From: Chrysomallon squamiferum
Lineage: Eukaryota; Animalia; Mollusca
Reading direction: 5' to 3'
NCBI GenBank assembly: GCA_012295275.1
Contig: CM022679.1
Location: 25,978,001 to 26,042,000, forward strand
Length of the DNA: 64,000 nt
Of the stretch, positions 1 to 23,126 are shown piece by piece (position 1 is the first letter of the stretch; each line of letters begins with the position of its first letter). The notes below the pieces were generated by a model. It searched no databases, was not told where the DNA came from, and saw only the letters and a list, made by a program, of their open reading frames with translations. Both the position numbers and the translations under genes were made by a program.

Positions 1-520
1 TGAAAAGATTCTATAATTTGAGTTTCCATATTTGACTGTTTAACACAAAGCTTATGAATCTTTTTTATTTTTAATGTATGAATGAAAATATGAACTGATT
101 GCATAATTAAGTTCTTGGCAGTAATTTATAAGACTATGGAAATTGAATTTATCTTTTATGAATTGAACATTTAATATTATTCATAAAAATTTCCTTTCAG
201 TAGGAACAGGCAAAGAAAAAAATAAAGATTTCTTATCTAAGATGTTGCTGAGATGAACTGGCAGTGGGCTTCTGTATTTGATTGTCATTTAAAAAAAAAA
301 AAAAAAAATAAACTATTTTTATATCAGATGCCATAAAAATACTGAAAACTGCTTTGAATGTTAGCATATGAAACATAGATTCATTCAGTCATTTTAAAAA
401 TATTAATTTCAGATTCGTTGTGATGTAATTTCACAACAACTGGATTGGTTCATTGTTTTGAAATATTATGTAATAATCACTAGTATTTAATGGAACATAC
501 TTTTTTAAAACATATTTCAG

Positions 521-628
521 AATTCAGAAGACCCTGAGATTGTTGGTTGCATCCCAAGACGGTATTTTGTACATATACAACATTGACCCCAGTGAAGGTG
601 GGGACTGTACCTTAGTCAGGCAGCACAG
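521..628 (+). CDS. WIPI2: WIPI2 exon (last WD blade)
   Basis: tttcag|A ATT CAG AAG ... CAG CAC AG|gtaact; [36 protein letters not shown]. Confidence 0.93.
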
Positions 629-1994
629 GTAACTAACAACATGTGTAAAACATTTCACTTTTCTAGATTCAAGTAAAAATTTATATTGTATTCTCTAAAA
701 TAACATTTAGTAAATTATATTGTCCTTTGTTTTAGCTCTGTGATATCATGTAAATTAAAAAAATGTCATTCTACATTTAAGAAAATTATGTTGTCTATCA
801 ATTTAAATATCTTTTTCAGTAATATGTATATATTGTATAATTATAAATAGGTATATATATATATACATAAATATTAAAACCAATTATGAAAATTCTTTAA
901 TATATATACACACAATATTACTAACTGTAATAAATGAGTTTAAACTAATTTTGAAGTGTTATTTTGTAAAACTGTTGAACTGTTTTGTTTGTTCAGGTTG
1001 GACGGGCAGTCGTCTGACACACACATAGCCGACACATCTCACGACCGGCCCCTGGCACACCCTAGTGGGGGCAGTGGCACCTCCCCGAGCCCCATGCAAC
1101 GCGGCGGGGAAGATACCTTAGGTGGCGTCACCACAGGTAAGCCTACACCGGCGCAAACCACACCTGTTTTGAACTCGGACAGCTACGCGGACGTTCTGAA
1201 GAGGAGAGGTGGGCCGCAGGACACTGTGGCGATAATGGACGAACTGCTGGCTTGTCAAGGTACAGTATGGCATCGTTTTTTCTCATCCCGTGCGGCTTCT
1301 CCTAGCTGGTCATTTCGGTTTGTTGCTTCACATACACAGAGCTTAACTGCTCGCAATAGACTCTAAAGTCAGTCAGTTTAAAAGGGGATGGTCGTTAATT
1401 TTTTAATTTTAATAGTCGAAACGCTCGGTATAACAGTGGTGTTCTGTTAAAATCTGTTGGCAGATTATTTTTAAATCTTTTTCATAATTAACAAAACAAA
1501 TTTAAACTTAATAAAAATAGAAAAGTTTTGCATGTGAAAATTTACTTATTAACTACTTCAAAAGTCTTGAGTTAAAATTTAAAAATAAAAATTAAACATT
1601 TTAATAGTATAATTTATTTTCGATATATACATTACATATGTTTTTTTCTTTAATTCTATCTTCTTTTTAAACATCTGTGCTTGGGAGTTCTTAAAACTAA
1701 AATCTCTTTCAGTAGTTGTAGTTAAAAATTTATAAAATTCTTTTTAGGTAAAGTACTGCATGAACTTGTTTTTCTCTCTCTCACTTTTTAATTTATTTTA
1801 ATTAAATTACAATTCATCACTGAATGGCATGTAATTTAACTTGCATGCAGTTGGTGCATTTGGTAAATTTAAAGTTCACTAAATGTTCTGTGTTTCAGTG
1901 GAATAAAATTACTTTACAATTTAAGTAGTAGCAGGATAATTAATACTGTTTAAAATGAAATAAACTGAAATAATTTTAAGATATGAGTTAAGAA

Positions 1995-2026
<32 letters not shown>

Positions 2027-2117
2027 AAAAAAATAAATAATAATAATATTTTAGGTCTAACAGGAATCATTTTTGAAAAAACAGATAGATTTCAGTACAA
2101 TAGAAACCAACAAAATA

Positions 2118-2148
<31 letters not shown>

Positions 2149-4208
2149 ATTTCAAATATGAGATTTTTACCCAAGCCATGATTAGTAATAAAATTACTCA
2201 GAAAACTAACTGAAGGAAATAAACAAATAGAAAAACAATACCTTTGGATACAAATCCTAACATTAAAAACAAACCACCCAGATTCTAAAAAAGTAATAGA
2301 TACAAAATCAAATCTCCTTCAAAGCAAAACAGTATTAATAAATAACTTATTTCAAAATCAAATTTGTGTTAAATTTCTATGCATATTAAATCCACATACA
2401 TTTAAATCGAAATCAAATAATAAATATTCTCGAGAAATCCATATACTTCTTAACATTCTCGTAATTCGGTAAAAAAATAAAATACTGCAGTAGCTAGCGA
2501 GTTGAGATTTTTAAGTATTTAAACTTAAATCGAAGCAGTTGTCAGTGTATTGAAGTAACAAACTGATGAATGACGCTCCAGTGTGGAGGGCCTCTGTGTG
2601 CGGTGATTGGGAAAAAGATAGAAATGCCTGCACAGTTTAATTTTATCCTGGACCCCCCTCATCCACGGAGTTTTGCACTCGTTTTGTTGCAGTGGTTACA
2701 GAAGTCTTGTTTTATTATTATCATTAATTTTTTAACCAGTTACTCACGAGCATTTTTAACAGCTGTATTTCAAACTAGTAATAGTATATTAGATATTGCC
2801 TTTTTGTACATATAATACATAGAGAGAGGTAGTTGTTATAACGTATTTTTATGTTTTTTTGGTCTTTTTTTTTTTTTTTGAACCTCCTTTTTATTTATTA
2901 AATTTAGATTTATTATTATTAGGCATATATTATCAATTTATAATTAATAAACATTATATAAATATCTTTGTTGCATGATTATTTTTAGCAAAACAGAAAT
3001 AATAAAACAATGAATACATATAAATGGATATCATTTGTTTCAGCAAAATGTCATTTTTGTGATATTTTACAGAAAGTGATACTTTCAAAATATTTTAATA
3101 TTTAGTGTTGAAAAAAATACACAAGTCTCACTGCAGAAAAAGCAAATACTTTTAACTGTACCATATCATTATTATGTGATGTTACTAATTTTTTCTTATT
3201 TTGAAATATAGGTACATGCTGTGTTACTTTGAACACACACATACACACATATATATATATATATATATAGATGTGCATATTTATTTCACAGTTTAGCATT
3301 GCATATATTATATCTGATTGTGACTCCAAAATATTCTGTTATTTTTAAAATGAATTTTGTAAACATATGCTCTAATATTTTCTTTATGAATTATATAGTT
3401 AAAAAGAAATAGCATAATTGTTCTTGAAACTTAATAACTGGAAGGAAGAAACAGCAAGATTACTTTCAAAGCAAAATCCCCTCTTCTGCTTTTAGAATTT
3501 GAAATACATCTCGTATTCTGCAGTGTTTCAAGACCTATAATTTAACACATTATGATTATAGTTAATATTACTTTTTTCTGTTGTGTGTGTGAGTGTGTGT
3601 AGACATCTGAGTGTGTATGTGTGTGTATTAAACATTTATTCATTCAAAAGAGTCAACAAAGTAAATAATGTACCAGAAATAAAGACATTTTAGTTTAGAA
3701 AAGTGTGAATGCGCTAGCTTGGATGTTTTGCATGCTATCAGTATGTATAGAAAATCACTTAAACTTGATTGTCTTTTATTCACTGAATATCTAGTAACCA
3801 TTAATATAGTTTTCTGGTAGATTCTTAATTATCAAAACTATATTCATTTGTATGAGCTTTCCTGTTTATAGTAAGAATTCATTAAAAAAGAGAAGATCCT
3901 TAAATTCTGATTAATAGAATCATTCCTCAGAACGATGACCTTTGTTTTTTTCATGTGATTTAGAAAAATATTTTTTACTGATACCTACCTATACTACTTT
4001 GTCAGTCTAAAATTGTTTAAAGAAAATAAGATTACTGTATACGAAACAAATAACTAACAGTTAAAAGCTGTCATTGTTATTAAAATTCCTTTTGTTTATA
4101 CATGGAGATCAACAGAAAAATGGTGGAAACAAACCAAAAAAAAGTAAAATGTTGGCAGAAATTGGAATGGTGTTCATCAGAGTTTGAGTCAAAACTGATT
4201 TAACTTTT

Positions 4209-4249
<41 letters not shown>

Positions 4250-4380
4250 CAGAACCATATCAAGAACCAGAGCAAGGTGCAGTGGGTGGGGGAGATATGA
4301 ATGCTGAAGGTCAGGGCCTCACTACATTACGATTGGATGATGATAACGAATTTCCACCAATGACACACAAGAATGACTGA
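521..4380 (+). CDS. WIPI2: WD repeat phosphoinositide-interacting protein 2 (WIPI2/Atg18 family), 3' part; exons 521-628, 997-1136 (or 997-1259), 4247-4380; 5' exons lie upstream of the window
   Basis: Spliced translation [55 protein letters not shown].../[44 protein letters not shown] matches the recalled vertebrate WIPI2 C-terminus (IQKIPRLLV..DGYLYMYNLDPQEGGEC.LMKQHRLDG...ASHDCPL...GAVGG...LRLDEDSEHPPM). Canonical AG/GT boundaries and consistent phases (2, 1). Confidence 0.93.
997..1136 (+). CDS. WIPI2: WIPI2 penultimate coding exon (alternative donor at 1259)
   Basis: gttcag|G TTG GAC GGG ... ACC ACA G|gtaagc; [32 protein letters not shown]...; GC-rich against AT-rich introns. Confidence 0.88.
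3958..4029 (+). repeat. ~70-bp direct repeat, copy 1 (copy 2 at 5241-5311)
   Basis: atttag..aaaatattttttactgatacctacctatactaYtttgtcagtctaaaa..tttaaagaaa occurs twice, near-identical. Confidence 0.9.
4247..4380 (+). CDS. WIPI2: WIPI2 terminal coding exon
   Basis: Long poly-T tract + tag|AA TCA GAA...; ends [20 protein letters not shown]. Confidence 0.92.
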
Positions 4381-5240
4381 CTGCTCAAGAAAAAGGAATT
4401 TTCAAATTGCCCAGCTTGAAACAGAGAACTGAAATCTGTGGGGTTTTAAAAAATAATTAAATGGTTTTGAATTTATATATTTTTTTTTTTAAATTTGTTG
4501 TGAAATGGACTTTAACCACAAAAAAAATATGTCACTTGTTACAGGATTAATGATTTAAAACACTGGCTTAACCTCAGGGTGATGTGAAAGGTAAAGAAAT
4601 ATATTAATGTGAGAGAGAAATTATGTTTTATTCCTTCCGTATTGCAGAGTATTTTATATTTCACATTTAATTTCACAGTATAAACTTTCTGCCACACTGT
4701 TCATGTAATTCAGTTTAATCTTTTGAATGTAATTAAACTTACTGTGAACTTATTTAGTATTAATTAAATAAATAATATTTTTTATAAATTATCTTAATTC
4801 AAATTAATTATTTTAAAACAGTTAACAGTAAGAACAGCTTTATTCCATAGATCTAGTTAAAATATAAAATAATAATAATAATAATAATAATTTTAAATAT
4901 GTCAATGTGGTTTATAAAAAAAAAAAAAAAAAAAAAAAGCTAAATTTTAAACATTTCTCTTTTATTGATCTTTTGAAATTGTGAATTTTTGTGATTTTTA
5001 TTTTTGTTTGTTTTATTTATTTATTTGTATACTTTTGTTTCTTAATGTTTTATTTCTTTATTGATTTCTTTTACTTTTTTTTTTTTTAATTATTGATGTG
5101 ATTATGTTTAAACTATTTTTGAAAAAAAAAATATTGAAGATTTAAATGATTTAACATTCTGGTGCTATTTTTGTCCAGATTTTAATTTAATTTTTTTTAA
5201 TTTTTTTTATATATATCTATATTAGGATATTATATATACA

Positions 5241-5311
5241 ATTTAGAGAAAATATTTTTTACTGATACCTACCTATACTATTTTGTCAGTCTAAAAATTT
5301 TAAAGAAATAA
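5241..5311 (+). repeat. ~70-bp direct repeat, copy 2
   Basis: See 3958-4029. Confidence 0.9.
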
Positions 5312-5735
5312 ACATAAAATTTATTTGTTGCAATTAATTCTTTTTCATATCTTGTAAGAAAAAAAACACCCCAAAAACTCAAAAATCTTACACAAAAAGA
5401 AGAATATACACTGTTTTATAATACTAATATTGTTTTCATTTTATTTTAAAGTTATAAATGTTAGTATTACTACTACTATAAATGCTATTTTTATAATTAC
5501 ATTACTGCATTAATTAAAGCTTTTTATTTATTTTTATTATTTATTTATTTGTTTTTAATTTATTATTATTATTTTTATTATACTTATTATTATAATTATT
5601 AATATTATAATTTTTAATAATACTAATAATAATTATATTATTATTATTATAATTTTTATTAATACTAATAATAATTATATTATTTTTTATTATAAATATT
5701 AATATAAATATTTTTATATTGTTATTTTTTATTAA

Positions 5736-5796
<61 letters not shown>

Positions 5797-8358
5797 TTAT
5801 TTAAAGATGCCAGTTTTCCAGTTATATTTAATCGTATATTTTAGATGTTACCTTATTAGAAGAGTTTAGTTGAACGTTATATTTATTTATTTACAAAATA
5901 TATTTATACTCCTGGCTGTTGGTTCATCGTGTCTCAGTATTGTGAAGTACATGAATTAATTTTCATTTTTTTTTTTAAATGAAGTTTCCTTAAAATTGAA
6001 TTTAACTGTTGTCTTATTTAATAATTAGTTTGATTTGTTTTTTTTTTTAAAATGCTTTCATACATTAAATGAAATCTTTTCGTATACATGACATTTTATA
6101 ATAAATTAATAAATAGTAAATAGGAAATGAATTTTTTCAGTTTCAATTTATTCCTGGTAGGTGTAAGAAATAAAAATAAATATTGACTCTAAACATTGTA
6201 CATTCAGCTTATATTAATTGATAATACTGTCATTGTAATTTAATCATTTAAATTTGAAGGCTGGTGGTATAAAGATGTTTATTAATTTGGTGGCAAGTGT
6301 GTATTTTGAAAATTTGAAAAATTCTCTGTACAAAATATAAATGTGTGTGCAGTGAAAATAAAAAGTGCATTCATTAACATGATTAAATAATTCTAACACA
6401 ACTGCATGTGCCCATAAATTAGAAATATTCAGTTTGGCTACAGCTAATGATAAAACTGTCAAGTGACTGTAAATATTAAAAATACAAGCATTGTGAATGC
6501 TTATCATTTCATCACTTTATTAAAACTTCATTTTAAAAATTAACGTATCTAAAATCTTGCATGTTTTGAAAATATTTGAGATCAATAACAAAGGGTTTGA
6601 ATATTCCCTGCTTTTGAGGAGTGGGAGTAAAAAATGTATTTGTTCCAGTAATTAATTTGAAACTAGATCCGAGTAGGGCAGTTTAAAGATGTGAATTATG
6701 AAATGCCTTAAATATTGGTGATTTTGTTACAAGTGTATCAGCTAGTTCAGTAATCTGATTTTAACTTACTTCAAAACTGTGTAAAATAACAGATATGAAT
6801 GTAATATATTAAAAACTTTCAGTTTAATATGTAACTTAAAAAATTGGTCACTGTTAAATAGATAACAATAAATGTAAATTTGTACTTCTCTGTTTTACTT
6901 AAAACTGTCTGCATTCATTCTTACGGCAGATTTGTTTTTTGTTTTTTTGTTGACTAAACAGTTATTATATTATCTGTACAAAATTATTCTTAATTTCAAC
7001 CTTATCTGTAGTTAATTCTGTGTTTTAAAAAAATTCATTTAGTCAAGGCTTACTAGAATTGATAAGTTCTGTGTAAATAAGCTTTTATTTAATTTCTATA
7101 TAATTACATGATATAATTACTGCTAAATATTTTATAATGTTAATTTATTTTGATACATCAGGATTGTAGTGTCTGTTATGTCAACAAGGTAACACTTAAA
7201 TTAACCAGTATTAAACAATGAAGAATTATATATTGTACAATCAGAGAAAAAAATAATAAATAAATAAATAAATAAATAAAAAAATAGTTGTTCCTCTCAC
7301 TTTAACATTGATGGTTGTAAGTATTTATATTAATGATGTTCAGTAAATTTCTTCTGATTTTATTTTTATTATTTGATACTTTTTTTTTTTTATTACTATA
7401 AAACCAATCAGTATATTTATTATTCATTACTGTTTAGAAACAAATTCAGAAAGTGACTAAGTAGAATGTCTTAGGAGGCAGAAAAACTATGATTAAAACA
7501 ATACGTAAAGTATCACCAAATTCAGTTAAATAAATAAATAATATATATATATATATAAAACAGTTGAGAGGGAAAATAAGTTAAAAAGAAATTTTTATCA
7601 TTACATAGTAAAAGCTGTCTGGTGTGCAAAACTCTTTTTCCATATTCATATTTCATGTTTCATGTTTTACACTGTCCCATTTTTATCTAATCATTTTGTG
7701 CGTGTTTACTGTAAATACACTGTAAATATTTCTTAGTGGATAGTTCTCCATTTAGCACCTCCAGTGGCTGCTTAGTAATTAACTAATACATATAAAACTG
7801 AATACGAAGTCAGCTGAATTGCATGCTAAGTTGTCCAAGAAGAAGTATATGTATATTTAGACTTCCGTGAAGAGTATACAGTTTTGAATTTCAGTAGGTT
7901 ACAATTCTGCTTTGTGTGCATTAGTTTATTATTATGATGTATATCTATGATGGCATAAAAATATATATGAAAAAGCCTGAATTTATTATATATATATATA
8001 TAGTCACAGAGAGAGAGAGAGATTTTCTTTTAACTGTTTCATAGGTGTACATCATCAATCTTTGCTAATAATAAAATACAATAAGAGAAACTTCAGGTGT
8101 ATAAAGTCTCCTATTTTTCCTTTTCATTGTTGATGTGGATGTGAAAATACAGCTTTGATTAGTAAATCAGTGCACAACTGCCATTTAGGGATTATTAATA
8201 TCCCTGTGTACAGAATTATATCACACTAAAATTAATCTCTGCTTGAATCTTTACTGGTGTCCAAAACTTTGTTATTAGCAAACATAAGTGTTTAAGAAAA
8301 TTTTAAACAGAGCATTATCCATTAAAACAATCTCATGATTTTTGTGTCTGTGTGTATA

Positions 8359-8398
<40 letters not shown>

Positions 8399-9729
8399 TT
8401 TAGTCAAATTGTGCCATCATGGGTTTACTGTAGTATGTACCAACACGGAGAAAGTCTATTAAGCATTGACTCTAATGATATTACAATTAAATTGGTGTCT
8501 TTTACATGTTTTGAGGTTATTTAAATGTACAGCAACATCAGTCAATTTTAAGACATCTTCATGGACACACTTGTTACCTGGGAGACATTTACATTTTAAA
8601 AAAAGGTTTTAAGATATTAATGTAAAAAAACATTATTGGTCAAGAAAAAAAGAAAAAAATTAAGATTGTTTCATGTTGTAGAAAAACACCAATGTATGTA
8701 TCACATTTTTGCAAAAACACAGTGTTTAAGCCAATGTGCTTTAAAGTGGTTGCTATTCTATTTCTTTATGATATTGTAAATATTAATAAATTTTACAGTG
8801 TCTTCAGAGTTTGTTGTAGTTTTAAAAATAATTTTTCCAAATTAAAAAAAAAAAAAAAAAAAAAGAAAAAGAAAATGGATGTTTGGAATGAAATATCACT
8901 ATATTTGTTAGCTTTAAAACAAAAACAAAAATTAGATTCAAGAAAGACTATGTTCTTACATTAATTCCAAATAACCAAAGTTAAAACAATATTGAATTAA
9001 TAATTCTTTAATGACCATTCATCACATTATTATAAATAGTTAATTATAATAATGCTTAGGCCAACAGTTAAGATATAAACAAATCTAACAGCTTTTTGTA
9101 AATTAATGGAGGACATTAAATGATATGGAACTTAACTGGATCACTGAAAAGGGTTGATCCTCTAACTTCTCAGTATATATTACAAGAGACTGCATCTGTT
9201 TGTGGGTTTGTTTAGACTGAACTGGTGGCTTACTCATGTAAATTTATTAATTATCAGAAAGCTGCAGTGGTTATATATAAATAATTATCAAAAACACCTG
9301 AAAATTCACCTTAGGTACAAAGATTTATATGTTGCTTGTAAGGAATATTCCCAAACTGTCCAACAATCCCCCAAAAGATGGAATTTGTTTTACTTCAGGC
9401 AGAAAACATTAAATAATTTTTTTTTTTTTGTTCCTATTTTTAATATGTGTACTTTTAAAGAATTGAGGAAAGCCCAATAAAGTACCCCACTGACAATATG
9501 GAGAATTCTAAACCTTGCCCACTTCTATTATATTAAATGGATCCATTATAAAACCATTTTAAAGTTGTGACTTGATACCCATGATCCCTGTCTTGCAATG
9601 AATAGTGTGTGCATAAAGTAATAAGCATATAAAATATATTTCTTTTCTCAAAGCTGCTAGAATAACAATTTAATGCTAAACAAAAACAAACAAGATTGTC
9701 TTATTTGTTAAAAAATGTATTTTAAATAA

Positions 9730-9735
9730 TTTATT
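9730..9735 (-). terminator. Candidate DNAL4 polyadenylation signal (AATAAA)
   Basis: tttatt on + strand ~840 nt downstream of the DNAL4 stop; the hexamer is common in AT-rich DNA, so this is weak. Confidence 0.3.
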
Positions 9736-10573
9736 GTTCACAATACATAAACCAGTAATAGTGATATATATTCAATGAGGATGTAACAGTATGTACAGTG
9801 ATGAACGTATGAAGTTTATGCTTTGTACAACTGCATAGCCAAAGTGACACAGCCTTGTTCTGTACAAAAAGCCAAGGAATGTAGTGATTGGAATATACAA
9901 TTAGAAACAGTCACAAACTCCTTACAGACAGAAAACCTACTTTTGACTGCATACATAAAAATCTGTTTAATTGTTATTGTTATTGTTACTATTTTAATTT
10001 AAAAATAAAACATCAGCATTATTTACAATAGGAGAATGTAAAATACAATTATATTTAATAAATCCATCTTCTAAAGTACATTTCATTTTAAAAGATTCAA
10101 AAAAATAATAATATATATATCTCTTTTGATTTCATTCTTATATAAAAATAAAGGGAAAAAAGAAGAAGAATGTATATTTCATCAGTTACATTTTATGGAC
10201 AATAAAAAAATATATATCTTAAAATTATGTCATTACCACAAAGTCTCTTTTCATTGTTGTATTAAGCTCTTAAATACTTTAAATAGATATATTTTTTTTT
10301 TAATTTCATTTTTTCATATTTTAGATGCTTTCGAAATGTTACTTCTAAATATTCATTTCACTTTCTATATGAAGTGTGTAACCGACTGCTACAGACATGC
10401 ACAAAAACATCAACAAAAAAATTATAAAATACAAAATAAGCTCAAATGTACATGAAATATATATATCACAGTTCAAAGATTAAAAACATAATAAGAAAAT
10501 GTGAATATTAATTATTGGTGATTTTTACAATGTTGGGGGAGGCTCCTGGGGACAAATGCCGATGCCATACTGC

Positions 10574-10738
10574 TCATGAGCATTTCCAAACAACTATGGC
10601 ATAATTGCCACCAAAAAACATGTACAGCAAGTTTTTCACTTCGTGGGTCAGTTCAAACCCAAAACCTTCACCCACAACTGCATGCCACGAGGCTCCAAAT
10701 TTCTTGTCCATTGTTTCTTTGATCATCTTGGCAGCATT
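10574..10738 (-). CDS. DNAL4: DNAL4 coding exon 3
   Basis: tttacag|AAT GCT GCC...TGC TCA TGA. Confidence 0.96.
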   Translation of the reverse strand, partial: NAAKMIKETMDKKFGASWHAVVGEGFGFELTHEVKNLLYMFFGGNYAIVVWKCS

Positions 10739-12012
10739 CTGTAAAAAAAATTATAAAAAAAATAATATAAAAAAAAAAAAAAAAAAAATTTTTTTAATAC
10801 ATTTGATATATATATATATATAAATGAAAATAATAAAAACATTATAAGGTTAACAAATAGTGGTAACTGATAATTTTAAATATTTTTGTTTATACTTAAA
10901 TAATACTTTAATGTTATTTGTAAAATCACTGTATTGATATTTCAAAATATTTTAGTGAGTCACATGCTTATTTTTAATATGAGAGATTGCTATAATTCCA
11001 CACTCTAATTGGTAAACAACAAAGGATTTTCTGGATAAATATATATCTTCCCATAACAGGAATGTGTATACCAATGTCTTTGATAAAAACTTAAATGGAA
11101 AGGTTGATAATTTGTCATTAGTAATTATATTACATTACTTCAATTTTTTTCTTAAATATTTTACAATATTATCACACTGTTTTAAAAAATTAAAATCAAT
11201 ATTAAAATCAATAAAATGTAAAATTGAACACTGCATTATTCAGTTACATTACAACTGTATTATTAAACTGGATGTCGTGCCTTACTTCATTATTAGTTGA
11301 AAACTTTTCACAAGCTGTAACACACAATTCCATTGCCTCGGTCTTCATTTCATCATTCATGTCAGAATGCTGAAGTAAAATATATATACTATCAGCACAT
11401 CATTATGGTAACTGCTACAACAATATACATTGTAATGAACATTAGCTGTACAAAGCATTATAAAGAAAACAGCTGAACACAATTTGAACTTTATTTGTTT
11501 AACGATTCAAAATTTTTAGTTTTTTGTTGTTGTTTTTTTAGTTGATAAAAAAAAACAGTCTGTCACAACCTTTCTGGTAATAAAATAAAACAAACAAATA
11601 AATAAGTAATATAAACGGTAAAAATTAATACTAATATTTTGAAATTTCTCATTTCTAACGGTAGTAATAATAATAATAATAATAACAAAACTCGTCAAAT
11701 TATCATTAATTTAAAAAAAAAGATATATATTGTTGTAATCGTTTTAATTTGAAACAACTAACATTTGCAAATAACATGTCAGTGGTGACATATTTCAGAG
11801 AAGAAAGAAAACTTAAACAGAAATTATACATCCAAAATATTCAAAAATAAACATAATTGTTCGAAATTATGAGATACAGAAAGAACCCAAGTTCCAAAAA
11901 ACTGATGAAAATACAAAATGATCAAATTAACAATTTATACCCTTATTAAAGGATATGTGTGAACACGTTTTGTCTCTGGTTCTCCTTTCTTTTCTTCAGT
12001 TACTTCAGCCAT
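10574..12012 (-). CDS. DNAL4: Dynein axonemal light chain 4, complete; exons 12012-11941, 11369-11286, 10738-10574 (106 aa)
   Basis: MAEVTEEKKGEPETKRVHTYPLIR/HSDMNDEMKTEAMELCVTACEKFSTNNE/NAAKMIKETMDKKFGASWHAVVGEGFGFELTHEVKNLLYMFFGGNYAIVVWKCS*; near-identical to the recalled human DNAL4; two phase-0 GT-AG introns. Confidence 0.97.
11286..11369 (-). CDS. DNAL4: DNAL4 coding exon 2
   Basis: cttcag|CAT TCT GAC...AAT GAA|gtaagg; 28 codons. Confidence 0.96.
11941..12012 (-). CDS. DNAL4: DNAL4 coding exon 1
   Basis: ATG GCT GAA...ATA AGG|gtataa; 24 codons. Confidence 0.94.
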
Positions 12013-13008
12013 TTCGTTATCGTGTAAACAACCAGTTTCGAAAAATGGCAAAACACCTGCAACAACTCTCCAATGGTAACTAGGAATAAATGCGCATGCG
12101 TTTTACTGATCGAAACTGGTATCCAATGAAAGCGTAATAATTTTATGAAATTCAGTTAGTATTTTCAACTCGATGTTATTTGATCGTAGTTAATAGGAAT
12201 AAAACAAATCAAAACAATAAAATAAAATAAAATAATGAAAAAATATAAATAAATAAATAAAATAAAATAATATAAAATAAATAAATAAATAAATAAATAA
12301 ATAAAGATAAGATAATAAATGAAAAATAAAAAATCATCCTGTCAACATGATTGCATTGTCACGATTGTGATATTAACAGTAATATTAAGAATTACTTGTT
12401 TGGTCATTTTAGATAAAACTGACAAACATTAAACCAGCAAATAAAGCAAAAATAAATAAATAAATCATAAGAAAACCCTCAGAAAGAACCATTAATTAGT
12501 GCATCTCCAACAGATAAGCAACAAATAAACAACAGTAACAGAAGTAATAAAAGGGTATATTCTGTTGCAATATCTGTTTTTAATTAGTTTCCAACAACAC
12601 AATAAATAAATCTTTTCATATTATCATTACAGCCTGTGCCTGAGAGTTTATTTTGTCAAAGCCTTGACGCTGTATGATTTAAAAAAAAAAATACAAATGA
12701 CCAAAGTTTTGGATTTGGTTTTTCTAACAACAATTGATTTTGACCATACTATCTTGAATATTCCATCCATACAGCCGACGTTTTATGTAGCTGTTAACCA
12801 TTTATCCATTCAATAGTTTCTTAACTGCAACTTATATTAAGGACTTCTCTACGGTCCAGCTTTGTACCAGAGTAACTTCTGAATGATAAATCGAACGAAT
12901 TCCATCGACCGGAAACACATTTTACAAATTGACAGTGTGTGAATGTTTATCTTCGGCTGATGAGAATTACATTGTTGATTTTGCATTTATTACGAAATAT
13001 AATCATCA
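12013..13008. promoter_or_regulatory. Divergent promoter region/5' UTRs shared by DNAL4 and TELO2
   Basis: 996 bp between opposed ATGs; X-box-like CTCTCCAATGGTAAC 12066-12080, NRF1-type TGCGCATGCG 12091-12100, CCAAT 12123-12127, ETS-like ACCGGAAA 12908-12915. Confidence 0.7.

Positions 13009-23126
<10,118 letters not shown>

Noticed and set aside
1260-1366. ORF-track continuation as the WIPI2 C-terminus
   Set aside because: The conserved C-terminus is encoded by exon 4247-4380; this part would matter only in an intron-retaining isoform.
4378-4419. Stop-codon readthrough or selenocysteine at the WIPI2 TGA-CTG
   Set aside because: The stop matches the homologous C-terminus, the context is not the strong TGA-CTAG, the extension is short and featureless, and no SECIS was seen.
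1263-10572. 13-nt inverted match CAGTATGGCATCG between the WIPI2 intron and the DNAL4 3' UTR
   Set aside because: Matches of this length are expected by chance in 64 kb.
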